This document shows, piece by piece, positions 1-9,425 of a stretch of 39,685 bases of DNA. This stretch comes from a virus. Taxonomy: Duplodnaviria; Caudoviricetes. Position 1 is the first letter of the stretch; the number at the start of each line of letters is the position of its first letter. A program made the translations under genes and the position numbers. The stretch is from IMG/VR virus record IMGVR_UViG_3300017912_000212, positions 1-39,685 of that record. One strand, given 5' to 3'. The notes below the pieces were generated by a model. It saw only the letters and a program-made list of their open reading frames with translations, had not been told where the DNA came from and searched no databases.

Positions 1-108
1 ACCATTGCAATCTATATAGGCACCTTCATACCCCTGCATATCACGGTTTTGTTCAAAGACTTTTGCCCATTCAGCAATGCCTGATAGTTTTACTTTACGT
101 GTAGCCAT
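1..108 (-). CDS. 5' part of a probable ssDNA-binding protein (runs off the window edge)
   Basis: Not in the ORF track. ATG at 108 with AGGAG upstream; reads MATRKVKLSGIAEWAKVFEQNRDMQGYEGAYIDCNG. Lies directly downstream of PolA. Confidence 0.55.
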   Translation of the reverse strand, partial: MATRKVKLSGIAEWAKVFEQNRDMQGYEGAYIDCNG

Positions 109-125
109 TCTGCTACTCCTTTCTG

Positions 126-1973
126 CTAGTGAATCTCACTGTATAATTTACCATATTGTATGTCAATACCTAAATTGACATTTAATTTTAGCTCTGCATT
201 TAGTTTATTGATAGCCCAAGTTAGTACCTCCGTATGCTTATTCTCTTCACCAAGTTTAACTAGGTTGATACTTTCGTCGTGAAACTGACCGATGATATTT
301 GGTCTGCGGCAACGATAGTAACCAACCCACTTATCAAAACAGTAAGAGCCTGTGCTTTGATTGATAGTAGAAAATACATCCTTCTCAAAGCGGAGACTGT
401 GCCAGAACTTACTGACTGGATTTTGTACCCACATCTCATCTCTAATCTTACGTATCTTCTGTGCTTCAGAGAAAGCTTTGACTGACCAGTTACGTTTCCA
501 ATAAGCATCAAGCAAACTCTTAGCTTCTTTTTCAGACATACCTGTTTCTCTTGCTAGCTTTGGTGCACCAACACCATAGGTAGCTGAGTAGTTGACGACC
601 TTGAAATTCTTTCGTAGGCTCTTCAACTCAGGTTTATGTCCTGCATTATACTCATCTATGTCACTCTGTTTTATTGCACCTGCGTGTTTAGCCAAGTCAA
701 GATGAGGATCGAAGCCATCCTGCGACATCTCGTCAACGTAATCAGGATCATAAGGCTTCATGTAATGTCTCTTTGTAGTATCTTCAAGGCTAGTCATGTC
801 TGCACCACACAATGTAAATCCATCAGGACAGGTAAGACAACCACGTATCTCTTTACCCCAAGGTTTATCAATGCCAGGAAGATTTACGAGAGGTTTCTTG
901 TGACGAAACCTAAAGGTGTTGGTTAACCCATCTATCTCAGCTTTTACATAACCATTTTGGTTACACTCAAGAAAGCCTTGAAAGATACCGAGTCTGTGTT
1001 GAATGATAGTGAGACCATCAAGAACCTGTACAGCTGGGTTCTTATCTATCAACAACTTAACAGACTCGGTTAGTTGTTGGTTCTTACGAACCTGTGGTAT
1101 TTTTCTCTCTTCCCCTGTCTCTTTATTCTTATCGTATTTAAAAGTACAGGGGTTCCAACCAAGAGAAAAAAGCCATTCCTTAACCTGATCAACAGAGTTA
1201 GGATTGGCTGGCTCCACACCTTTGACGACAGATACTTCTCCCTCATAGTTTGGGGGTAGTCCATACTCTTCGAGTAAGTTGAACCACCTGTCACCATGAG
1301 AAGACAAGCTGCCATCTTTCTTATAGCAAACCTTTGGTTTTGTCTTGACCTGCATAAGTTTTCGCAGGGGCATGACAGACCGAAGCTCCGCTATCTTTTC
1401 TGCTTGCTGTGCTAGCAAAGTCTGTACAGATTTCTCTGCAAGATCTACATCTAGCTTCCAACCAGATCTTTCTGCGATAGATGCACAATCCATCTTGAAC
1501 TGAAGGTACTTAAAGAACCTGTGCAATTCTTTTTTATTCTTGTATAAGAACATAAATCTTTCTTGCATGTTCTGCCACAAGAACCAATTTATCTTGACAT
1601 CTTCTTGACACCTGTGTGCATACTCCTGCGGAGACAGGTTGTGCCAGTCAAGAACCTTTGGTTTAGGTACACCGAAGTCTTCACCGAAGGACTCCAATCC
1701 ATGCTTTGGTCTGCCAGTATTGAGCACCCAAGACATAGGTAGTGTATCGTATAAGTGTGCATCTATCTTGATGTCTAGTATCTTTTCTAAGAGTGGGACA
1801 TCATAACGCACAATGTTATGACCAATGAGAATGCTTTGAGATAACAACAGCTCCCTCATATTGTCGTAGTTATAGATAGTCCGCAAGGACTTACCATCTG
1901 CAGTATAAGAAAGGCAGTGTATCTTTGTAGCTTCATCCAGTAAACCGTCTGCTTCTACATCAAATACTATCAT
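126..1973 (-). CDS. polA: DNA polymerase family A with 3'-5' exonuclease (T7-like)
   Basis: ExoI DVEADG, ExoII GHNIVRYD, ExoIII RCQEDV, motif A ADMTSLE, motif B RKNFKVVNYSATYG, motif C HDE. Confidence 0.96.
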   Translation of the reverse strand: MIVFDVEADGLLDEATKIHCLSYTADGKSLRTIYNYDNMRELLLSQSILIGHNIVRYDVPLLEKILDIKIDAHLYDTLPMSWVLNTGRPKHGLESFGEDFGVPKPKVLDWHNLSPQEYAHRCQEDVKINWFLWQNMQERFMFLYKNKKELHRFFKYLQFKMDCASIAERSGWKLDVDLAEKSVQTLLAQQAEKIAELRSVMPLRKLMQVKTKPKVCYKKDGSLSSHGDRWFNLLEEYGLPPNYEGEVSVVKGVEPANPNSVDQVKEWLFSLGWNPCTFKYDKNKETGEERKIPQVRKNQQLTESVKLLIDKNPAVQVLDGLTIIQHRLGIFQGFLECNQNGYVKAEIDGLTNTFRFRHKKPLVNLPGIDKPWGKEIRGCLTCPDGFTLCGADMTSLEDTTKRHYMKPYDPDYVDEMSQDGFDPHLDLAKHAGAIKQSDIDEYNAGHKPELKSLRKNFKVVNYSATYGVGAPKLARETGMSEKEAKSLLDAYWKRNWSVKAFSEAQKIRKIRDEMWVQNPVSKFWHSLRFEKDVFSTINQSTGSYCFDKWVGYYRCRRPNIIGQFHDESINLVKLGEENKHTEVLTWAINKLNAELKLNVNLGIDIQYGKLYSEIH

Positions 1974-3577
1974 GCTGCTATGTCACTCCTTGTGTATGGT
2001 GCATCTTCTGTTAAGATGGTTGTCTCTGGATCGTAATAGACTGACCCAGCTTTACCCAACTTAGCAAATGGACGGTTCTTGTCAACAATAAAATTAGTGG
2101 TGTTCTGAATTATTTCATCCTCATTCTCAGCATCACGTTCGATTTTTATACAGATAATAGCTTCTTCTTCAAGAGAAGCAGCATACTTTGTACGCCCATC
2201 ATCGTTGACCTGTGATATAAATATCACTCCAATGTTAAGTTCTTTGGATAACTGAGCCATCCTAGACCCAATCGTTGTGAGAGTTGAGGTAGCACCGTCA
2301 ACTCCAGAACTGCTAAGATAAGCAAGGCGCTGAACATGATCAATGAAAATGTAGTGAGCACCGTAGACAGACGCTGCAAGCCTAACATAATCCAATACCT
2401 TAAGTGGATCGTCGTGTGATCGCATTTCAAAGATGATTGTTCTTTCTCCATCGCAAGCCTCCTGTGCTGCTTTGATTACATCTTGTTCAGACACACCATT
2501 TTCTGTAGCATCATCCTTAGTTCTTACGTTTACACCAAGTTGATACGTAGCCATAGCACGATAGGTAGTAGACCGCATCTCTTCCATGTGTAGCATAGCT
2601 ACCTTTGTCTCTGGATTTTTGAGAAGTGCAGTCTCAAAGTATCTGATAACCTCAGTCTTACCTGTGCCACGGGGCGCCTTAAGAAAGGTCAAGCCGCCTT
2701 TCACAATCCCACGAATCTTGTCGTCAAGGCCAGTGTGTCCTGTTGGTGTGTACTCGTAGGGGTTTTCATTAAGAATGGCTAACTCAACATCATTATCAGA
2801 ACAGAAAAAGTTTTCTGGTGAGTAACGTTGAGGCTTCCTAGCTGACCACATCAGATCGTTTCCATCACCGCTGGTCAAGAAGTCATTAGCATCTTTGTGC
2901 TTTGACATTGGTACGTAGTAAAATCGGTCAGGAAAAGCAGAGTATAGTTTGTCTGCTGCACGTTTACCTGCATCATCAAGTTCACCTGCGTATACAATCT
3001 CCTTGAATGTACTAAGGTACTGGTGATTAGCTTTGATAAACTTGTCTCCAATACTAGCACTGGGTAGTGAGAGAACAGGAAAGGTCTGACCTAGTATCTG
3101 ATACAGACTGGCTGCATCAAACTCACCCTCAGTAATAAAGATCTTCTGAGAGGTATTGGCATTGGCAGGTGGCCCAAAGAAATGGTTCATGCCAACGCCT
3201 TTGTCTTTAATCCAAGACTTGGACTTGTCATCATACATCCTGTACTTGACAGTGTGAGGATACTTGAATGCATAGCGTACAGGTTTACCATCCTCACCTA
3301 ACTGTAACTGTATACCATAAAGTTCACAGACCTTGGGATCAATCCCCCTGATGTCTTGGAACGTAGTACTCTTAATAGGTATCTCCATAGGATTCCTCTT
3401 CTCTTTGAGTGGATAATCTTTCTTAGCCCATTCGAACACCTCGCCCATACCTTTCATGGGATAGGAGTTACCGCAGGAATGACAATGACCAAAGCCAGCA
3501 TCATTCCAGTTAAATGCATCACTTGAACCACAATCTACATAAGGACAAGCTAGGTGTGGGTTATCACCGTCTGACAT
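1970..3577 (-). CDS. DNA primase-helicase (T7 gp4-like)
   Basis: Zn finger CPYVDC..CHSC, TOPRIM ITEGEFDA, Walker A APRGTGKT, Walker B FIDH, KNR motif. Start moved to ATG 3577 (GGAGG SD, TAATG coupling). Confidence 0.95.
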   Translation of the reverse strand: MSDGDNPHLACPYVDCGSSDAFNWNDAGFGHCHSCGNSYPMKGMGEVFEWAKKDYPLKEKRNPMEIPIKSTTFQDIRGIDPKVCELYGIQLQLGEDGKPVRYAFKYPHTVKYRMYDDKSKSWIKDKGVGMNHFFGPPANANTSQKIFITEGEFDAASLYQILGQTFPVLSLPSASIGDKFIKANHQYLSTFKEIVYAGELDDAGKRAADKLYSAFPDRFYYVPMSKHKDANDFLTSGDGNDLMWSARKPQRYSPENFFCSDNDVELAILNENPYEYTPTGHTGLDDKIRGIVKGGLTFLKAPRGTGKTEVIRYFETALLKNPETKVAMLHMEEMRSTTYRAMATYQLGVNVRTKDDATENGVSEQDVIKAAQEACDGERTIIFEMRSHDDPLKVLDYVRLAASVYGAHYIFIDHVQRLAYLSSSGVDGATSTLTTIGSRMAQLSKELNIGVIFISQVNDDGRTKYAASLEEEAIICIKIERDAENEDEIIQNTTNFIVDKNRPFAKLGKAGSVYYDPETTILTEDAPYTRSDIAA

Positions 3578-3753
3578 TATTCTTCCTCCAAACAAAACTC
3601 ACACCACGTATTGGGTGTGGGGCATCCGCAACTTACACATAGATTAAATCCGACAGTATTGCAAGCCTCTTTTACTTTTGCCCTCTGCCTTTCTTCCTCA
3701 GTCATAGGACGTATGTCTTTTAGTGGGATACCGAATGTATATTTATTTGTCAT
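3577..3753 (-). CDS. 58-aa small zinc-finger protein
   Basis: Not in the ORF track. MTNKYTFGIPLKDIRPMTEEERQRAKVKEACNTVGFNLCVSCGCPTPNTWCEFCLEEE; ATGA overlap with the thyX stop and TAATG overlap with the primase start. Confidence 0.8.
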   Translation of the reverse strand: MTNKYTFGIPLKDIRPMTEEERQRAKVKEACNTVGFNLCVSCGCPTPNTWCEFCLEEE

Positions 3754-4439
3754 TCAAATAACTCCCCACCATCTCCATCTTTCCAGTCAAACTCAGTTAA
3801 GGTTTCTGCTTGATGTCCATTAACCTCTACCAATGCACCCCAAGACACGGGAAATAACTTACGCATTCTGTCACTGATCTGTGTAGCAACTAAGCGTGTC
3901 TCTACCTGTGTGTCAGAAGCACAGCGAAGATTACACATATCAGCAAAGGCATCAAGTGAACCTGACCAGTACCACTCAGTCATCATAGACTGCGGCAATA
4001 CCATACGGGCTTGTTCAGGTGCTACCCCTTGAGACAGTAGGTCTTCATATAGTTTTTCGGCAGCATCCCACTGGTCTAGGTAATAAACTGCATCAACGAC
4101 ACCATCTGACCCCTGTTTTTTGTCAGTACTACGTCCACGCCATACATCAGGAACATAAAACTCAGGTTTTACATCCACATACCTACGGCTGACCTCATTC
4201 CAGCGTAGAAACTTATGCTTCACCAACTGTCTAGCTACAAAGACAGGAGCCTTGACATGGAAGCTGGCAAAGCAATGCCCAAAGGGTGACATGTGTTTGT
4301 GCTCTGCTAGATACTTGATCAGACTATTGTCTTTGTCTGTAGTGTAAGTTTTATCAGTCTTCTTACCAAAGGATACTCTCGCTGCATTTACTACATCAAC
4401 GTCACTACCCATATGATTTATGTACGTTGCTTTAATCAT
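3750..4439 (-). CDS. thyX: Flavin-dependent thymidylate synthase
   Basis: VNAARVSF, HMSPFGH, RHR-x7-S-type motif as KHKFLRWNEVSRRY, EQARMVLP. Start probably ATG 4439. Confidence 0.93.
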   Translation of the reverse strand: MIKATYINHMGSDVDVVNAARVSFGKKTDKTYTTDKDNSLIKYLAEHKHMSPFGHCFASFHVKAPVFVARQLVKHKFLRWNEVSRRYVDVKPEFYVPDVWRGRSTDKKQGSDGVVDAVYYLDQWDAAEKLYEDLLSQGVAPEQARMVLPQSMMTEWYWSGSLDAFADMCNLRCASDTQVETRLVATQISDRMRKLFPVSWGALVEVNGHQAETLTEFDWKDGDGGELFE

Positions 4440-4635
4440 TAGCTTCACCTACCATTTCATTCCAATCTTCTGGTGTAATCCCTGTCATGATAAACTCTCT
4501 CTCATCAGCAGTCAGTTCAGGAAACACATCTTGTATTAATTCACCCTTTTTCCAACGCACTATTTGTTCTGTTAACACATCTAAATCCATGATGTTTATC
4601 TTACCAGTAATAGGACTCACCCTCTTAATTTTCAT
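4432..4635 (-). CDS. Conserved phage hypothetical protein (67 aa)
   Basis: Coupled ORF with LIQDVFPELTADEREFIMTGITPEDW, a motif typical of small phage proteins. Confidence 0.75.
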   Translation of the reverse strand: MKIKRVSPITGKINIMDLDVLTEQIVRWKKGELIQDVFPELTADEREFIMTGITPEDWNEMVGEAND

Positions 4636-4817
4636 CAGTGGTACTCCTTACTAAGCTGGCCACCATTATATAATTTTTCTAGCTGATCATTAAATTCTAC
4701 ATGATTGGCAGCGGATCTTAAAAAATGAGCTAACTCTTCAGAGTAGTCGTCGTATAGTTTACCCTCTTCAAAGCACTCTGCCCAGAACCTGAAAACTTTT
4801 GGTGGTATATCTCTCAT
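4635..4817 (-). CDS. Hypothetical protein (60 aa)
   Basis: Start and stop overlap both neighbours; AGGAG SD. Confidence 0.65.
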   Translation of the reverse strand: MRDIPPKVFRFWAECFEEGKLYDDYSEELAHFLRSAANHVEFNDQLEKLYNGGQLSKEYH

Positions 4818-5896
4818 CGTGATCTCCTTTCGAGAGCAGACTTTGCAGTCTTGTAGTTATGTTTATTGTACGGATTGAGACTAGCAATATTCTTGTGTCC
4901 TGTTACAGACATAATTGCAAGGTGATCGACTTGACCATCAACCATTTGCATTATAGCAGTCTTACGCAAGTCACCCACCTGAAGCTCACAGGGTAGGTCA
5001 CAGGCTTCTTTAACCTCGTTTGCTAGCAGAGACACCTGAGCTTCACTTAGAGGCCTGTAGCCCCCGTCTGAAGCCCTGTGATAGGGTACTACATATTCTT
5101 GAAAGCCCCAGTCATCTTGCTGCTCTGCTAGCATGGTAAAAAGATTAGTTGGGATAGGTAGTTCTACTTCGGCGCCACGTTTAGTTTGTTTAATGCGAAC
5201 TCGTCGCTGATCTAGATCTACACTATCCCAAGTAAGCAAGCGGACATCAACGGGACGTTGACCCCACTCATAACACATCAAGACAATCAGTCCGATGTTT
5301 CTCCATTTAAATTCTGTAAATGCTGTATCAAGAAAGAGCATGACCTGATCATGTTCCCATACGACAGATCGAGGTTCATGCTTTCTTTTCTTGACATGAG
5401 ACATGGGGTTGGACTGAAGTAAGTCTAGAGAGAGGCAGTAGTTTATCAGTACAGAGAATATTCTTGATAGTTGATTAGCCCTTTCCGTGCTTACTTCGTC
5501 CTCCCATGTATCATACAGCTTGGTACACAACGGGATAGAAAGATCACGGATGGAAGTGTCAGATAAGGAGGTACCGTAAACTTCCGTATCACATATTGTG
5601 TTCAAGCTATATTCATAATTCTTTTGTGTATTATACGACAAAGAATTGAAATGCTTTGTGTTTAGGTAGTATGTCTTGACTTGACCCAGGGTAGACTTAG
5701 GTCCGAGGTTTGCTACTACTATCTCACCTCTTCTAAATCTTTCGACAAGATCAATTAACTTAGGTATCTCTACCCTAGCTGTACGACCATCAGAAAAAGT
5801 TTTAGATCGTACTACGCCAGCCAAGACCGCATCTTTAGGTGGCACAAATACGTACCGTTTACCTTTTTTATTTTTAACTATTCTAGTATACTTCAA
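4814..5896 (-). CDS. int: Tyrosine recombinase / integrase
   Basis: Catalytic R (GQRPVDV), K (QTKRG), DLRKT in place of HxxR, TGH and C-terminal Y (LNPY). TTG start with AGGAG 6 nt upstream. Confidence 0.9.
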   Translation of the reverse strand: MKYTRIVKNKKGKRYVFVPPKDAVLAGVVRSKTFSDGRTARVEIPKLIDLVERFRRGEIVVANLGPKSTLGQVKTYYLNTKHFNSLSYNTQKNYEYSLNTICDTEVYGTSLSDTSIRDLSIPLCTKLYDTWEDEVSTERANQLSRIFSVLINYCLSLDLLQSNPMSHVKKRKHEPRSVVWEHDQVMLFLDTAFTEFKWRNIGLIVLMCYEWGQRPVDVRLLTWDSVDLDQRRVRIKQTKRGAEVELPIPTNLFTMLAEQQDDWGFQEYVVPYHRASDGGYRPLSEAQVSLLANEVKEACDLPCELQVGDLRKTAIMQMVDGQVDHLAIMSVTGHKNIASLNPYNKHNYKTAKSALERRSR

Positions 5897-5911
5897 GTCA
5901 TACTCCTAGTA

Positions 5912-5961
5912 ACATAAGGTAGTAATTATTTTTATAATAATAATTAATAACTACCTTATGT
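5912..5961. repeat. 12-bp perfect inverted repeat around an A/T-only spacer
   Basis: ACATAAGGTAGT (5912-5923) and ACTACCTTATGT (5950-5961). Confidence 0.9.
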
Positions 5962-5964
5962 ATA

Positions 5965-5991
5965 GTTATAAGTGTTTTACTTTTTAGTCAA
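5965..5991 (-). promoter_or_regulatory. Putative sigma70 promoter for int and the replication genes
   Basis: TTGACT-N15-TATAAC on the minus strand. The spacer is short. Confidence 0.5.
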
Positions 5992-6004
5992 GTGTGGCAA
6001 GGTG

Positions 6005-6991
6005 TCACATGTATCTATATTTATCATAGGTTTGACTAAGTTTAGTCAACTCAGTATCACTAAGATTTAACTCATCACACAATGCCTCAGCATAGAATCC
6101 CATACTGTCGAGATACTCTGCGATCTCACTGCCATACTCTTGTAGCATAAACTCAAGAGCTTGCACATTAGCCCAATCTGTTTTGCCATAATTGTAATCA
6201 TAGTCAAACTCAGATCTGTAGGTACTGCTATAACCGTAGTTATAACTTAAGACTTCAACCTCATTAGGGTCACGTACAAACACTAGCTTTGACCAGTCAG
6301 CTTTTATCAGGTTAGCTAGCAATAAGTCAGCAAATTCAAGGTCTTGTGTCTCGTTCTTAGTGTGTTGAGACATGTAACCAACACTAAGATTGGTACACTC
6401 AGAGACATCTATTCTGTACTCGTTACTATCAGTATAAGACCCACCAGAGTCAGGCACTAGGTCGTACATACCAAGAGCATCAGCAAGTGAGAAAGCAAAC
6501 TCATCGGATGCAGTGCGATAGCCAGACTGGTGTGTAATGATAGAGTTTTTACCAAACCTGTCAAAAGATATCACTGCTTGGATGTTAGCAAGCCACAGAG
6601 GGTAGTCTTTGATAAGTGCACGACTGCCCTTACAACCTATCTCTTCAGCATTGTGTATGACGTAGACACCTTCAACACCTGCTTCAATCATACCTAGTAT
6701 TAGCCATACACCAGTCGTACAGTCTGCACCCAAGCAGTTACTGTCTTTAGATATGGGATCTACAGACGCAACATCCTTAGTGACAACAACTTTCTGTCTA
6801 CCTGCGGACTTGTGTACTGTATCGTGGTGTGCAGTAAAGCACAGGTTAGGTGACTTACCTAGTATGTAGGTATAGTTACCATGTATATCAGGTTTACCAA
6901 AGGTAGGTTCAATAAACCTCTTACAAAATTCTTTCTGTGTTGTAGAACCTACAGGTCTTTTGTAGGTTAGCATTTCAATTAAGCTGTACAT
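6005..6991 (-). CDS. M28/M20-clan zinc peptidase
   Basis: Metal-ligand motifs AHHDTV, GADCTTGV, AEEIG, FDR, and HT near the end of the domain. Confidence 0.85.
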   Translation of the reverse strand: MYSLIEMLTYKRPVGSTTQKEFCKRFIEPTFGKPDIHGNYTYILGKSPNLCFTAHHDTVHKSAGRQKVVVTKDVASVDPISKDSNCLGADCTTGVWLILGMIEAGVEGVYVIHNAEEIGCKGSRALIKDYPLWLANIQAVISFDRFGKNSIITHQSGYRTASDEFAFSLADALGMYDLVPDSGGSYTDSNEYRIDVSECTNLSVGYMSQHTKNETQDLEFADLLLANLIKADWSKLVFVRDPNEVEVLSYNYGYSSTYRSEFDYDYNYGKTDWANVQALEFMLQEYGSEIAEYLDSMGFYAEALCDELNLSDTELTKLSQTYDKYRYM

Positions 6992-8547
6992 TCTTCTTTT
7001 TCCTCTTCTTCCATTTCTTTTAATTGGTCTACGGTCATGGGTACATCATGGTCAGCCATCTTATCTGTATGATAAACCTCACTGTCTACATCAGATATGA
7101 AGTATTGCGACATATCTGGAGGTGATATGAACTCTTGTTCATCTTCGCACCACGTGGCATCTTCTTCATGCCAGTATCTACCGTCACTACAATATATGTA
7201 ATTAACGTCACGGTTTTGCTCACTTACAGTCTCGTAGTCTATACCCCAAGCGTATTGTACATACACAGGTACACCTTCATCGTAACTTACATACTCACTG
7301 AGGTAGTTACAGAAGAAGTGACGGTCATGAAAGCAGTCTTCACAATAATATGAACTGTCATACGCAGAATACATTGAATTATCTTCATGCATACTATCAT
7401 TGCAACACTCACACTGCATGTGATCGCTTGAAAGCACACCAGTGTACTGACTTGCGTCAATTTTACCACTGTAAGATACTTGAAGAAAATCGTCGTCATA
7501 CACTTCTAATATGCGAGGTTCTATATCAAGATAGGGCGCAATAAATTGATCATCCAAACCCTTATGCTTAATATTGACTAACCTAGCACCGACCCAATCT
7601 GCGTTATTACAAGACACTGCCTCTATGTTTCTTAGCTCTTCTTCTATCTTATCAAGAGAAGCCTCACACACACCATACACAGGGCCAGCTTGCGGTATAC
7701 CAGATGAATGTTTCATGTACACTACGCAACGACTGTGTATACGATCATCATCGTCATGGGTATAGATAATCTTAAAGTCACCTGATGCATATGCCTCAGC
7801 AGGGTGAGCACTTAGATGCTCAAATTCATATCGCATACAACTACAGGCAAGAGACTTGCGACTGTGCGTAGTGTATGGGTTCTCCATGTCTGCTTGACTA
7901 CCTGAATAAGCACGTTTAAAGTCACGCCATGAACCACTCATAGTTACATGTAGCATCTTATCTGAAAATTCTTTACGAAACTCATCTACGATGGTCTCAA
8001 CACTACTGTCAGGTAACTCTGGGTACATGTATTTGATAGCACGTCCAGGCTTCATAGCTGTACGTTTGTCATTGTTGCGGTTCACCGCAGTCTGAAACAA
8101 ACTGATCTTACCCTTGAACTCAGTTGATCTACGTGGCGAATGCAAGAGAAGCCTCTCGTATGGTCTTATGTCAGACCTAAAACACTCTTCAACTAAGCCT
8201 GTAAGATTAGGGTAAGGTATCGCAATTTTCTCCTGTAAGAAGTGATGCAACCTCTTATCTTCTGGGAAGAAGGTATGAGACTGATCGTACCTACCATAAC
8301 GTTGTATCACAGGGTCAGTGTCAACATAGGGCTGATCTTCTACGTGTTTAACAGCAAAACCACCCACTTCTACATTGACAAAGTATTTACCGTGGCCTGG
8401 AATTTCAACCCAACCACCTCTGAGATCACCGAAGTCATTTACTTCGGGTCTAGATACTTCATAGGGACGACGCATACCATCTCGAAACATATCTTGATAT
8501 GCTGTTGGTAACGTCTCATAGTCAACAGGTACAATAGTAAAAGGCAT
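6979..8547 (-). CDS. Large hypothetical protein with SCM motif and Cys/His-rich acidic C-terminus
   Basis: MKPGRAIK, CSCMRY, CECC..YYCEDC..FFC repeats. Start probably ATG 8547 (TAATG coupling, GGAGG). Confidence 0.75.
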   Translation of the reverse strand: MPFTIVPVDYETLPTAYQDMFRDGMRRPYEVSRPEVNDFGDLRGGWVEIPGHGKYFVNVEVGGFAVKHVEDQPYVDTDPVIQRYGRYDQSHTFFPEDKRLHHFLQEKIAIPYPNLTGLVEECFRSDIRPYERLLLHSPRRSTEFKGKISLFQTAVNRNNDKRTAMKPGRAIKYMYPELPDSSVETIVDEFRKEFSDKMLHVTMSGSWRDFKRAYSGSQADMENPYTTHSRKSLACSCMRYEFEHLSAHPAEAYASGDFKIIYTHDDDDRIHSRCVVYMKHSSGIPQAGPVYGVCEASLDKIEEELRNIEAVSCNNADWVGARLVNIKHKGLDDQFIAPYLDIEPRILEVYDDDFLQVSYSGKIDASQYTGVLSSDHMQCECCNDSMHEDNSMYSAYDSSYYCEDCFHDRHFFCNYLSEYVSYDEGVPVYVQYAWGIDYETVSEQNRDVNYIYCSDGRYWHEEDATWCEDEQEFISPPDMSQYFISDVDSEVYHTDKMADHDVPMTVDQLKEMEEEEKEECTA

Positions 8548-9038
8548 TATGCCCTCCATTCTGGTTCCTCACCCCAACGCCATGTCAGGGTTATGTTGCG
8601 TTCTCTCCACCGATCATTCATGTAGAGGCGATAAGCATGGTGCACATCATCCACATCGGAATAATCTACGCCACGTTCTAAGTTTCTAGCACAGTTTGCA
8701 AACGGTGTCAAATCCTCACGAGGAAACTGACCACCGTCTGCGTACTGTTGAAAGAAAGGTATTAGTCTGGCAGACTTATGCCCCCCAGACTTTTGGTTGT
8801 ATAGCCACGACATGTGACTAAGTAGCCACTTGAAGTTGTCACGGCTGTGTCTCGCCCACTTACTGCATGGATGATTAATGTAGGCAAGTTTATACACTGG
8901 CAAGTCTGTGTCAGGGTCAAGCCAGCGTATTGCAGTAGATAACATTTGAGCAGACTCAAGTATCATCTTATTCTTTCTGATGTCGTCTAGCCAAGTGGCA
9001 GATAACATCGGGCAGGGGTCAAAGGCAAATATATTCAT
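8547..9038 (-). CDS. Pyrimidine-dimer DNA glycosylase (T4 endonuclease V / DenV-like family)
   Basis: MNIF..D...SA..LDD....KMILESAQML and NHPCSKWAR signature. Confidence 0.8.
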   Translation of the reverse strand: MNIFAFDPCPMLSATWLDDIRKNKMILESAQMLSTAIRWLDPDTDLPVYKLAYINHPCSKWARHSRDNFKWLLSHMSWLYNQKSGGHKSARLIPFFQQYADGGQFPREDLTPFANCARNLERGVDYSDVDDVHHAYRLYMNDRWRERNITLTWRWGEEPEWRA

Positions 9039-9098
9039 AGTTCCTCCATGATAGCATCAAGGTATGCACCGCACCGCACAGTGCATACTCAGCTGACA

Positions 9099-9425
9099 TC
9101 ATACGTTGACCTGCATTGCAACGTCAAGTATACGTTGGATACGTGCCTCAAGCTGCACAATCTTCTCGTCTTTTTCTGCGAGAGCTGCGGTAAACTTACG
9201 GTTCTGCAAGTCGATCTGCTTGACGATCAAACCCTTGACAGTCTGTGTACCAGCCAAGTTGCGGTTCAAGTGCTTGTTGACGAAGCCAAGCTGTTTACGC
9301 CAGCGACAAAGTGTCTGAACTGTAATGCCATACTTAGCGCACACCTCATCACCAGTTGCGGTCTGATACATTTTGCAAGCTGCGAGCTTGGTTTCAAGTG
9401 AAAAACGGGTTCCTGTACGTGCCAT
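9099..9425 (-). CDS. HTH DNA-binding protein with coiled coil (IS3 OrfA-like HTH)
   Basis: RFSLETKLAA...EVCAKYGITVQTLCRWRKQ followed by a heptad-rich C-terminus. ATG 9425 with GAGAGG. Confidence 0.75.
   Translation of the reverse strand: MARTGTRFSLETKLAACKMYQTATGDEVCAKYGITVQTLCRWRKQLGFVNKHLNRNLAGTQTVKGLIVKQIDLQNRKFTAALAEKDEKIVQLEARIQRILDVAMQVNV

Noticed and set aside
126-1973. HMO-2011-type polymerase with DnaJ zinc-finger insertion
   Set aside because: No CxxCxGxG repeats in the translation.
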